Source: Balanoglossus misakiensis
Taxonomy: Eukaryota > Animalia > Hemichordata
DNA: 64,000 nt
Reading direction: 5' to 3'
Assembly: GCA_040954595.2 (NCBI GenBank)
Contig: CM082583.2
Location: forward strand, 900,542-964,541
The position numbers and the translations under genes are program-made. The notes beneath the pieces were generated by a model. The model ran no database searches, was not told the DNA's origin, and saw only the letters and a program-made list of their open reading frames with translations. Of this stretch, positions 37,570-49,900 are shown in pieces. Position 1 is the stretch's first letter. The number at the start of each line of letters is the position of its first letter.

Positions 37570-37979
37570 TGTGGGAAAACATGCGGGTTTTGATGACGGC
37601 ATGACTATTATTAGCTCAGTGATGACCTTTGCCGTCTTGTTTTTGAACTACACTGAACGTTTATTGTTGTTTTCATGTGTTTATTTTGTTCAGAAAACTT
37701 AGTTTTTACGTAGGAACATTACTGACTTTTTCCGGACATTGATTTCCGTGATTCCGTGCAACATTTCGAACTCTGAGTTAAGAACATTCTCGATTTCCCA
37801 TCATGCTTTGTTGTTCATCATGGAAGCCATGCCAAATACAATTTATTGATGCGTTGTCTGTTAAATTGCGAGTTTTAACGCAATAAACCTGTGTTATTCT
37901 GTGAACGGGAGTAGCGGTGAGTTTCTTCAGTGTCCCTGGGAATGAGCGGCGGCCAAATCGTAAGAAAATATTCCCCACA
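37570..37979 (+). repeat. 3' LTR (410 bp)
   Basis: Direct repeat of 31493-31902, 409/410 identical by manual comparison. Confidence 0.97.
37882..37887 (+). terminator. Putative polyadenylation signal in the 3' LTR
   Basis: AATAAA followed by GT-rich sequence (CCTGTGTTATTCTGTG), about 90 bp before the LTR end. Confidence 0.6.
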
Positions 37980-40900
37980 GCACCATTTTTACATATAATG
38001 GAAATTTCATACATCATCAGATATCCAAATATGAAAAAATGATTTAGATTTTAGATGATTGTCCAAAATTAGCTGATATCTAATAAATGTAGTATTGAAC
38101 CGTTCTGTCCCCCCCCCCTTACATTATATGCGGTACGCCGATGTCAGCTTACCCGGCAGTACTGTAGGCCGTGCCCCCAACAAACGTCGGTGCTTGAAAC
38201 GCCCTGGTTAAATTCGGGCTCTCTCTATAAATCGACAGGCAATAATGCAGTCCTACCGGAACAAATGTCAAGTGTTGAACCGCTGTGACTTTCCCTGTTC
38301 GGTTTGCCCGACTTAGCCAACGTCTTTGTACTAGAGTGACGGGTCTTTTGCAGAGCCAGGCCGAAGGAAATCCGACTTGATCACCGTTGCTAACGAACGC
38401 TAGTGTCTGTCATGGTGTGCCGGGGTTTTAGTCGAGCCAGGCCGTAGGAGATCTGACTTGATCATCGTGGTCAATGTACGCGTGTTTCCGCTCTAAAGTG
38501 CCGGGGCTTCAGCTAAACCAGGCCGTAGGAAATCCGACGTAATCACCGTTGATAACTTACGCCAGTCTGTGTCATATAGAGCCGGTGCACCAGCCGAGTC
38601 ACGCCGTAGGAAATCTGACTTGATCAACGTGGTCAATGTACGCCTGTTTCTGCTCTAGAGTGCCGGGGCTTCAGCTGAGCCAGGCCGTAGGAAACCCGAC
38701 GTGATTACCGTTGTTAACTTACGCCAGTCTGTGTCCTATATATAGTGCCGGGGCATCAGCCATGCCAGGCCGAAGGAAATGTGAGAAGATCAACGTGGTC
38801 TCTGTACGCGTGTTTCTGCTCTAGAGTGCCAGGGCTTTAGCTAAGCCATGCCGTAGGAAATCTGACTTGATCAAAGTTGCTAACGAACGCTAGTGTCTGT
38901 CATAGTGTGCCGGGGTTTTAGTCGAGCCAAGCCGTAGGAGATCAGACTTGATCAACGTGGTCTCTGTACGCGTGTTTCTGCTCTAGAGTGCCGGGGCTTT
39001 ATCCAAGCCATGCCGTAGAAAATCTGACTTGATCACCGTTGCTAACGTACGCTAGTGTCTGTCATATTGTGACGGAGATTTAGCCGAGCCAGGTCGTAGA
39101 AAAATCGACTTGTTCAACGTTACCAGTGTGCAACTGTTTCTGCTCTAGAGTGTCAGGGTTTTAGCCGACTTATGCTGTAGGAAATCTGAGTTGATGAACG
39201 GGAATTCAATGTTAGAAAACCCGTGTGGAAAGTATCTCTACCCGTTTGAAACTATGAAAAGAATTTATTCTTATTTATTTTGTAAAAAAAGACAATTTTT
39301 CGAAAAAAAGTTGAAAATGGTAATTTTGTCTTGGGTGATTCAAATTATACCGCCTTTTCTGCAATTTGCAGCACTTTTTGCAAGAGAACGACACTTCATG
39401 CTCCATAATATTTCCGAAAATGAAGAAAAGAGTTAATTTTTTATGATTTTTCAAATATTTACCATTTTTGTCAAAATATGGCCAAAATGGCTATTTTTCT
39501 TGAATTCCGTCAATATCTCTGCATTTTTGGAGTGGTCGAGAGTTTTAACATACAATCAACATGTCATATATGATCAGGGCACCAAATTCGAAGAACAAAG
39601 GTTTTTTTTATTTTTTTTTCTAAAAATGACATTTTCAAGGAAAATTTGGTAAAACGCAATTTTGTCTGCAGTGAGCCAAATTAGACGGTCTTTTGTGGAA
39701 TTTGTATCGATATATACATACGAAGAGCATTCTATACTCCATCAGATTTCCGAAAATGTAGAAAACAGGTATTTTTTGTAATTTTCAAAAATTTACCATT
39801 TTGACCAAATTGTGGCTAAAATTGTTATTTTCGTGTTGAATGCCGCCAGTGTCACTGCTTTTAAAAGTCATAAAAACTTTTAACATACAAGCAATTGTTA
39901 ATATATGATCAGGTCACCGAATTAAAAAAATAAAGAATGTTTTGCCTAAAAATGACCTTTTTGGTGCAAAAACGAATAAAACGCAATTTTGTATTAAATC
40001 AGCTCATTCAGAGTGCATTTTTATAATCAGCACCATTTTTACATATAATGGAAATTTCATACATCATCAGATATCCAAATATGAAAAAATGATTTAGATT
40101 TTAGATGATTGTCCAAAATTAGCTGATATCTGATAAATGTAGTATTGAACCGTTCTGTTTCTCCCCCCCCTACATTATATGCGGTACGCCGATGTCACCT
40201 TACCCGGCAGTACTGCAGGCCGTGCCCCCAACTAACGTCGGTGTTTGAAGCGCCCTGGTTAAATTCGGGCTTTCTCTATAAATTAACAGGCAATAATGCA
40301 GTCCTACCCGAACAAATGTCGAGTGTTGACCCGCTGTGACTTTCCCTCTTCGGTTTGCCCGACTTAGCCAACGTCTTTGTACTAGAGGGTCGGGTCTTTT
40401 GCCGAGCCAGGCCGAAGGAAATCAGACTTGATCACCGTTGCTAACGAACGCTAGTGTCTGTCATGGTGTGCCGGGGTTTTAGTCGAACCAGGCCGTAGGA
40501 AATCTGACTTGATCAACGTGGTCAATGTACGCCTGTTTCTGCTCTAGAGTGCAGGGGCTTCAGCTGATCCAGGCCGTAGGAAACCCGACGTGATTACCGT
40601 TGTTAACTTACGCCAGTCTGTGTCCTATATATAGTGCGGGGCATCAGCCGTGCCAGGCCTAAGGAAATGTGAGTAGATCAATGTGGTCTCTGTACGCGTG
40701 TTTCTGCTCTAGAATGCCAGGGCTTTAGCCAAGCCATGCCGTAGGAAATCTGACTTGATCAACGTTGCTAACGAACGCTAGTGTCTGTCATAGTGTGCCG
40801 GGGTTTTAGTCGAGCCAAGCCGTAGGAGATCTGACTTGATCATCGTGGTCAATGTACGCGTGTTTCCGCTCTAAAGTGCCGGGGCTTGAGCTAAACCAGG

Positions 40901-43900
40901 CCGTAGGAAATCCGACGTAATCACCGTTGATAACTTACGCCAGTCTGTGTCATATAGAGCCGGGGCACCAGCCGAGTCACGCCGTAGGAAATCTGACTTG
41001 ATCAACGTGGTCAATGTACGCCTGTTTCTGCTCTAGAGTGCCGGGGCTTCAGCTGAGCCAGGCCGTAGGAAACCCGACGTGATTACCGTTGTAAACTTAC
41101 GCCAGTCTGTGTCCTATATATAGTGCCGGGGCATCAGCCGTGCCAGGCCGAAGGAAATGTGAGTAGATCAACGTGGTCTCTGTACGCGTGTTTCTGCTCT
41201 AGAGTGTCAGGGCTTTAGCAAAGCCATGCCGTAGGAAATCTGACTTGATCAACGTTGTTAACGAACGCTAGTGTCTGTCATAGTGTGCCGGGGTTTTAGT
41301 CGAGCCAAGCCGTAGGAGATCAGACTTGATCAACGTGGTCTCTGTACGCGTGTTTCTGCTCTAGAGTGCCGGGGCTTTATCCAACCTATGCCGTTGAAAA
41401 TCTGACTTGATCACCGTTGCTAACGTACGCTAGTGTCTGTCATATTGTGACGAGATTTAGCCGAGCCAGGCCGTAGAAAAATCGACTTGTTCAACGTTAT
41501 CAGTGTGCAACTGTTTCTGCTCTAGAGTGTCAGGGTTTTAGCCGACTTATGCTGTAGGAAATCTGAGTTGATGAACGGGAATTCAATGTTAGAAAACCCG
41601 TGTGGAAAGTATCTCTACCCGTTTGAAACTAAGAAAAGAATTTATTCTTGTTTATTTTTTAAAAAAGACAATTTTTCGAAAACAAGTCGAAAATGGTAAT
41701 TTTGTCTTGGGTGATTCAATTTATACCACATTTTCTGGAATTTGCAGCACTTTTTACAAGAGAACGACACTTCATGCTCCATAATATTTCCGAAAATGAA
41801 GAAAAGAGTTTATTTTTTATGATTTTTTAAAAATGTACCATTTTGTCAAAATATGGCCAAAATGGCTATTTTTTCTTGAATTCCGTCAATATCTCTGCAT
41901 TTTTGGAGTGGTCGAAAATTTTAACATACAATCAACATGTCATATATGATCAGGGCACCAAATTCGAAGAACGAAGGTTTTTTTATTTTATTTTTCTAAA
42001 AATGACATTTTCAAGAAAAATTTGGTAAAACGCAATTTTGTCTGCAGTGAGCCAAATTAGACGGTCTTTTGTGGAATTTGTATCGATATATATATACGAA
42101 GAGCATTCTATACTCCATCAGATTTCCGAAAATGTAGAAAACAGGTATTTTTTGTAATTTTCAAAAATTTACCATTTTGACCAAATTGTGGTTAAAATTG
42201 TTATTTTCGTGTTGAATGCCGCCAGTGTCACTGCTTTTAAAAGTCATAAAAACTTTTAACATGAAAGCAATTGCTTATATATGATCAGGCCACCGAATTA
42301 AAAAAATAAAGAATGTTTTGCCTAAAAATGACCTTTTTGGTGCAAAAACGAATAAAACGCAATTTTGTATTAAATCAGCTCATTCAGAGTGCATTTTTTA
42401 TAATCAGCACCATTTTTACATATATTGGAAATTTCATACATCATCAGATATCCAAATATGAAAAAATGATTTAGATTTTAGATGATTGTCCAAAATTAGC
42501 TGATATCTAATAAATGTAGTATTGAACCATTCTGTCCCCCCCCCCCTACATTATATGCGGTACGCCGATGTCAGCTTACCCGGCAGTACTGCAGGCCGTG
42601 CCCCCAAATAACGTCGGTGTTTGAAACGCCCTGGTTAAATTCGGGCTTTCTCTATAAATTGACAGGCAATAATGCAGTCCTACCCGAACAAATGTCGAGT
42701 GTTGACCCGCTGTGACTTTCCCTCTTCGGTTTGCCCGACTTAGCCAGCGTCTTTGTACTAATGTGTCGGGTCTTTTGCAGAGCCAGGCCGAAGGAAATCC
42801 GACTTGATCACCGTTGCTAACGAACGCTAGTGTCTGTCATGGTGTGCCGGGGTTTTAGAAGAGCCAGGCCGTAGGAGATCTGACTTGATCATCGTGGTCA
42901 ATGTACGCGTGTTTCCGCTCTAAAGTGCCGGGGCTTCAGCTAAACCATGCCGTAGGAAATCCGACGTAATCACCGTTGATAACTTACGCCAGTCTGTGTC
43001 ATATAGAGCCGGTGCACCAGCCGAATCACGCCGTAGGAAATCTGACTTGATCAACGTGGTCAATGTACGCCTGTTTCTGCTCTAGAGTGCCGGGGCTTCA
43101 GCTGAGCCGGGCCGTAGGAAACCCGACGTGATTACCGTTGTTAACTTACGCCAGTCTGTGTCCTATATATAGTGCCGGGGCATCAGCCGTGCCAGGCCGA
43201 AGGAAATGTGAGTAGATCAACGTGGTCTCTGTACGCGTGTTTCTGCTCTAGAGTGCCGGGGCTTTATCCAAGCCATGCCGTAGAAAATCTGACTTGATCA
43301 CCGTTGCTAACGTACGATAGTGTCTGTCATAGTGTGCCGGGGTTTTAGTCGAGCCAAGCCGTAGGAGATCAGACTTGATCAACGTGGTCTCTGTACGCGT
43401 GTTTCTGCTCTAGAGTGCCGGGGCTTTATCCGAGCTATGCCGTAGAAAATCTGACTTGATCACCGTTGCTAACTTACGCTAGTGTCTGTCATATTGTGAC
43501 GGAGATTTAGCCGAGCCAGGCCGTAGAAAAATCGACTTGTTCAACGTTACCAGTGTGCAACTGTTTCTGCTCTAGAGTGTCAGGGTTTTAGCCGACTTGT
43601 GCTGTAGGAAATCTGAGTTGATGAACGGGAATTCAATGTTAGAAAACCCGTGTGTAAAGTATCTCTACCCGTTTGAAACTAAGAAAAGAATTTATTCTTA
43701 TTTATTTTGTAAAACAAGACAATTTTTCGAAAAAAAGTCGAAAATGGTAATTTTGTCTTGGGTGATTCAAATTATACTGCCTTTTCTGGAATTTGCAGCA
43801 CTTTTTACAAGAGAACGACACTTCATGCTCCATAATATTTCCGAAAATGAAGAAAAGAGTTTATTTTTTATGATTTTTTAAAAATGTACCATTTTGTCAA

Positions 43901-46900
43901 AATATGGCCAAAATGGCTATTTTTTCTTGAATTCCGTCAATATCTCTGCATTTTTGGAGTGGTCGAAAGTTTTAACATACAATCAACATGTCATATATGA
44001 TCAGGGCACCAAATTCGAAGAACGAAGGTTTTTTTATTTTATTTTTCTAAAAATGACATTTTCAAGGAAAATTTGGTAAAACGCAATTTTGTCTGCAGTG
44101 AGCCAAATTAGACGGTCTTTTGTGGAATTTGTATCGATATATATATACGAAGAGCATTCTATACTCCATCAGATTTCCGAAAATGTAGAAAACAGGTATT
44201 TTTTGTAATTTTCAAAAATTTACCATTTTGACCAAATTGTGGTTAAAATTGTTATTTTCGTGTTGAATGCCGCCAGTGTCACTGCTTTTAAAAGTCATAA
44301 AAACTTTTAACATGCAAGCAATTGCTTATATATGATCAGGCCACCGAATTAAAAAAATAAAGAATGTTTTGCCTAAAAATGACCTTTTTGGTGCAAAAAC
44401 GAATAAAACGCAATTTTGTATTAAATCAGCTCATTCAGAGTGCATTTTTTATAATCAGCACCATTTTTACATATATTGAAAATTTCATACATCATCAGAT
44501 ATCCAAATATGAAAAAATGATTTAGATTTTAGATGATTGTCCAAAATTAGCTGATATCTAATAAATGTAGTATTGAACCGTTCTGTCCCCCCCCCCCCCC
44601 TACATTATATGCGGTACGCCGATGTCAGCTTACCCGGCAGTACTGCAGGCCGTGCCCCCAAATAACGTCGGTGTTTGAAACGCCCTGGTTAAATTGGGGC
44701 TTTCTCTATAAATTGACAGGCAATAATGCAGTCCTACCCGAACAAATGTCGAGTGTTGACCCGCTGTGACTTTCCCTCGTCGGTTTGCCCGACTTAGCCA
44801 ACGTCTTTGTACTAATGTGTCGGGTCTTTTGCAGAGCCAGGCCGAAGGAAATCCGACTTGATCACCGTTGCTAACGAACGCTAGTGTCTGTCATGGTGTG
44901 CCGGGGTTTTAGTCGAGCCAGGCCGTAGGAGATCTGACTTGATCATCGTGGTCAATGTACGCGTGTTTCCGCTCTAAAGTGCCGGGGCTTCAGCTAAACC
45001 ATGCCGTAGGAAATCCGACGTAATCACCGTTGATAACTTACGCCAGTCTGTGTCATATAGAGCCGGTGCACCAGCCGAATCACGCCGTAGGAAATCTGAC
45101 TTGATCAACGTGGTCAATGTACGCCTGTTTCTGCTCTAGAGTGCCGGGGCTTCAGCTGAGCCAGGCCGTAGGAAACCCGACGTGATTACCGTTGTTAACT
45201 TACGCCAGTCTGTGTCCTATATATAGTGCCGGGGCATCAGCCGTGCCAGGCCGAAGGAAATGGGAGTAGATCAACGTGGTCTCTGTACGCGTGTTTCTGC
45301 TCTAGAGTGCCGGGGCTTTATCCAAGCCATGCCGTAGAAAATCTGACTTGATCACCGTTGCTAACGTACGATAGTGTCTGTCATAGTGTGCCGGGGTTTT
45401 AGTCGAGCCAAGCCGTAGGAGATCAGACTTCATCAACGTGGTCTCTGTACGCGTGTTTCTGCTCTAGAGTGCCGGGGCTTTATCCAAGCCATGCCGTAGA
45501 AAATCTGACTTGATCACCGTTGCTAACGTACGCTAGTGTCTGTCATATTGTGACGGAGATTTAGCCGAGCCAGGCCGTAGAAAAATCGACTTGTTCAACG
45601 TTACCAGTGTGCAACTGTTTCTGCTCTAGAGTGTCAGGGTTTTAGCCGACTTATGCTGTAGGAAATCTGAGTTGATGAACGGGAATTCAATGTTAGAAAA
45701 CCCGTGTGGAAAGTATCTCCTCCCGTTTGAAACTAAGAAAAGAATTTATTCTTATTTATTTTGTTAAAAAGACAATTTTTCGAAAAAAAGTCGAAAATGG
45801 TAATTTTGTCTTGGGTGATTCAAATTATACCACCTTTTCTGGAATTTGCAGCACTTTTTACAAGAGAACGACACTTCATGCTCCATAATATTTCCGAAAA
45901 TGAAGAAAATAGTTAATTTTTTATGATTTTTTAAAAATTTACCATTTTTGTCAAAATATGGCCAAAATGGCTATTTTTTCTTGAATTCCGTCAATATCTC
46001 TGCATTTTTGGAGTGGTCGAAAGTTTTAACATACAATCAACATGTCATATATGATCAGGGCACCACATTTGAAGAACAAAGGTTTTTTTATTTTTTTTTC
46101 TAAAAATGACATTTTCAAGGAAAATTTGGTAAAACGCAATTTTGTCTGCAGTGAGCCTAATTAGACGGTCTTTTGTGGAATTTGTATCGATATATACATA
46201 CGAAGAGCATTCTATACTCCATCAGATTTCCAAAAATGTAGAAAACAGGTATTTTTTGTAATTTTCAAAAATTTACCATTTTGACCAAATTGTGGCTAAA
46301 ATTGTTATTTTCGTGTTGAATGCCGCCAGTGTCACTGCTTTTAAAAGTCATAAAAACTTTTAACATACAAGCAATTGTTTATATATGATCAGGTCACCGA
46401 ATTAAAAAAATAAAGAATGTTTTGCCTAAAAATGACCTTTTTGGTGCAAAAACGAATAAAACGCAATTTTGTATTAAATCAGCTCATTCAGAGTGCATTT
46501 TTATAATCAGCACCATTTTTACATATAATGGAAATTTCATACATCATCAGATATCCAAATATGAAAAGATGATTTAGATTTTAGATGATTGTCCAAAATT
46601 AGCTGATATCTGATAAATGTAGTATTGAACCGTTCTGTTTCTCCCCCCCCCCCTACATTATATGCGGTACGCCGATGTCACCTTACCCGGCAGTACTGCA
46701 GGCCGTGCCCCCAACTAACGTCGGTGTTTGAAGCGCCCTGGTTAAATTCGGGCTTTCTCTATAAATTAACAGGCAATAATGCAGTCCTACCCGAACAAAT
46801 GTCGAGTGTTGACCCGCTGTGACTTTCCCTCTTCGGTTTGCCCGACTTAGCCAACGTCTTTGTACTAGAGGGTCGGGTCTTTTGCCGAGCCAGGCCGAAG

Positions 46901-49900
46901 GAAATCCGACTTGATCACCGTTGCTAACGAACGCTAGTGTCTGTCATGGTGTGCCGGGGTTTTAGTCGAACCAGGCCGTAGGAAATCTGACTTGATCAAC
47001 GTGGTCAATGTACGCCTGTTTCTGCTCTAGAGTGCCGGGGCTTCAGCTGATCCAGGCCGTAGGAAACCCGACGTGATTACCGTTGTTAACTTACGCCAGT
47101 CTGTGTCCTATATATAGTGCGGGGCATCAGCCGTGCCAGGCCTATGGAAATGTGAGTAGATCAATGTGGTCTCTTTACGCGTGTTTCTGCTCTAGAATGC
47201 CAGGGCTTTAGCCAAGCCATGCCGTAGGAAATCTGACTTGATCAACGTTGCTAACGAACGTTAGTGTCTGTCATAGTGTGCCGGGGTTTTAGTCGAGCCA
47301 AGCCGTAGGAGATCTGACTTGATCATCGTGGTCAATGTACGCGTGTTTCAACTCTAAAGTGCCGGGGCTTGAGCTAAACCAGGCCGTAGGAAATCCGACG
47401 TAATCACCGTTGATAACTTACGCCAGTCTGTGTCATATAGAGCCGGTGCACCAGCGGAGTCACGCCGTAGGACATCTGACCTGATCAACGTGGTCAATGT
47501 ACGCCTGTTTCTGCTCTAGAGTGCCGGGGCTTCAGCTGAGCCAGGCCGTAGGAAACCCGACGTGATTACCGTTGTTAACTTACGCCAGTCTGTGTCCTAT
47601 ATATAGTGCCGGGGCATCAGCTGTGCCAGGCCGAAGGAAATGGGAGTAGATCAACGTGGTCTCTGTACGCGTGTTTCTGCTCTAGAGTGCCAGGGCTTTA
47701 GCCAAGCCATGCCGTAGGAAATCTGACTTGATCAACGTTGCTAACGAACGCTAGTGTCTGTCATAGTGTGCCGGGGTTTTAGTCGAGCCAAGCCGTAGGA
47801 GATCAGACTTGATCAACGTTGCTAACGTGCGCTAGTGTCTGTCATATTGTGACGGAGATTTAGCCGAGCCAGGCCGTAGAAAAATCGACTTGTTCAACGT
47901 TACCAGTGTGCAACTGTTTCTGCTCTAGAGTGTCAGGGTTTTAGCCGACTTATGCTGTAGGAAATCTGAGTTGATGAATGGGAATTCAATGTTAAAAAAC
48001 CTGTGTGGAAAGTGTCTCTACCCTTTTGAAACTAAGAAAATAATTTATTCTTATTTATTTTGTAAAAATCACAATTTTTCGAAAAAAAGTCGAAAATGGT
48101 AATTTTGTCATGGGTGATTCAAATTATACCGCCTTTTCTGGAATTTGCAGCACTTTTTACAAGAGAACGACACTTCATGCTCCATAATATTTCCGAAAAT
48201 GAAGAAAAGAGTTAATTTTTTATGATTTTTTTAAAAATTACCATTTTTGTCAAAATATGGCCAAAATGGCTATTTTTTCTTGAATTCCGTCAATATCTCT
48301 GCTTTTTTGGAGTGGTCGAAAGTTTTAACATACAATCAACATGTCATATATGATCAGGGCACCAAATTCGAAGAACAAAGGTTTTTTTTATTTTTTTTTC
48401 TAAAAATGACATTTTCAAGGAAAATTTGGTAAAACGCAATTTTGTCTGCAGTGAGCCAAATTGGCCGTTTTTTTGTGGAATTTGTATCGATATATGTATA
48501 CGAAGAGCATTCTATACTCCATCAGATTTCCGAAAATGTAGAAAACAGGTATTTTTTGTAATTTTCAAAAATTTACCATTTTGACCGAATTGTGGCTAAA
48601 ATTGTTATTTTCGTGTTGAATGCCGCCAGTGTCACTGCTTTTAAAAGTCATTAAAACTTTTAACATACAAGCAATTGTTTATATATGATCAGGTCACCGA
48701 ATTTAAAGAATAAAGAATGTTTTCCCTAAAAATGACCTTTTTGGTGCAAAAACGAATAAAACGCAATTTTGTATTAAGTCTGCTCATTCAGAGTGCATTT
48801 TTTATAATCAGCACCATTTTTACATATAATGGAAATTTCATACATCATCAGATATCCAAATATGAAAAAATGATTTAGATTTTAGATGATTGTCCAAAAG
48901 TAGCTGATATGTAATAAATATAGTATTGAACCGTTCTGTTCCCCCCCCCCCCTACATTAAATGCGGTACGCCGATGTCAGCTTACCCGTCAGTACTGCAG
49001 GCCGTGCCCACAACTAACGTCGGTGTTTGAAACGCCCTGGTTAAATTCGGGCTTTCTCTATAAATTGACAGGCAATATTGTAGTCCTACCGGAACAAATG
49101 TCGAGTGTTGACCCGCTGTGACTTTCCCTCTTCGGTTTGCCCGACTTAGCCAACGTCTTTGTACTAGAGTGTCGGGTGTTTTGCAGAGCCAGGCCGAAGG
49201 AAATCCGACTTGATCACCGTTGCTAACGAACGCTAGTGTCTGTCATGGTGTGCCGGGGTTTTAGTCGAGCCAGGCCGTAGGAGATCTGACTTGATCATCG
49301 TGGTCAATGTACGCGTGTTTCCGCTCTAAAGTGCCGGGGCTTCAGCTAAACCAGGCCGTAGGAAATCCGACGTAATCACCGTTGATAACTTACGCCAGTC
49401 TGTGTCATATAGAGCCGGTGCACCAGCCGAGTCACGCCGTAGGAATCTAATTTGATCAACGTGGTCAATGTACGCCTGTTTCTGCTCTAGAGTGCCGGGG
49501 CTTCAGCTGAGCCAGGCCGTAGGAAACCCGACGTGATTACCGTTGTTAACTTACGCCAGTCTGTGTCCTATATATAGTGCGGGGCATCAGCCGTGCCAGG
49601 CCTAAGGAAATGTGAGTAGATCAATGTGGTCTCTGTACGCGTGTTTCTGCTCTAGAATGCCAGGGCTTTAGCCAAGCCATGCCGTAGGAAATCTGAATTG
49701 ATCAACGTTGCTAACGAACGCTAGTGTCTGTCATAGTGTGCCGGGGTTTTAGTCGAGCCAAGCCGTAGGAGATCTGACTTGATCATCGTGGTCAATGTAC
49801 GCGTGTTTCCGCTCTAAAGTGCCGGGGCTTGAGCTAAACCAGGCCGTAGGAAATCCGACGTAATCACCGTTGATAACTTACGCCAGTCTGTGTCATATAG

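Larger units (their letters stand above)
31493..37979 (+). mobile_element. Full-length BEL/Pao (Belpaoviridae) LTR retrotransposon, 6,487 bp
   Basis: Two 410-bp direct repeats with TGTGGG...CCCACA termini, a PBS, a PPT, and an uninterrupted gag-PR-RT-RH-IN ORF. Target duplication GCAC (31489-31492 / 37980-37983). The empty site TATAATCAGCACCATTTT is visible in the other units. Confidence 0.98.

Noticed and set aside
31395-38017. ORFs in or crossing the LTRs (31395+, 31701-, 37778-) and a possible env gene
   Set aside because: The ORFs are chance read-throughs of LTR or satellite junctions. Only 44 bp separate the pol stop from the 3' LTR, leaving no room for env.
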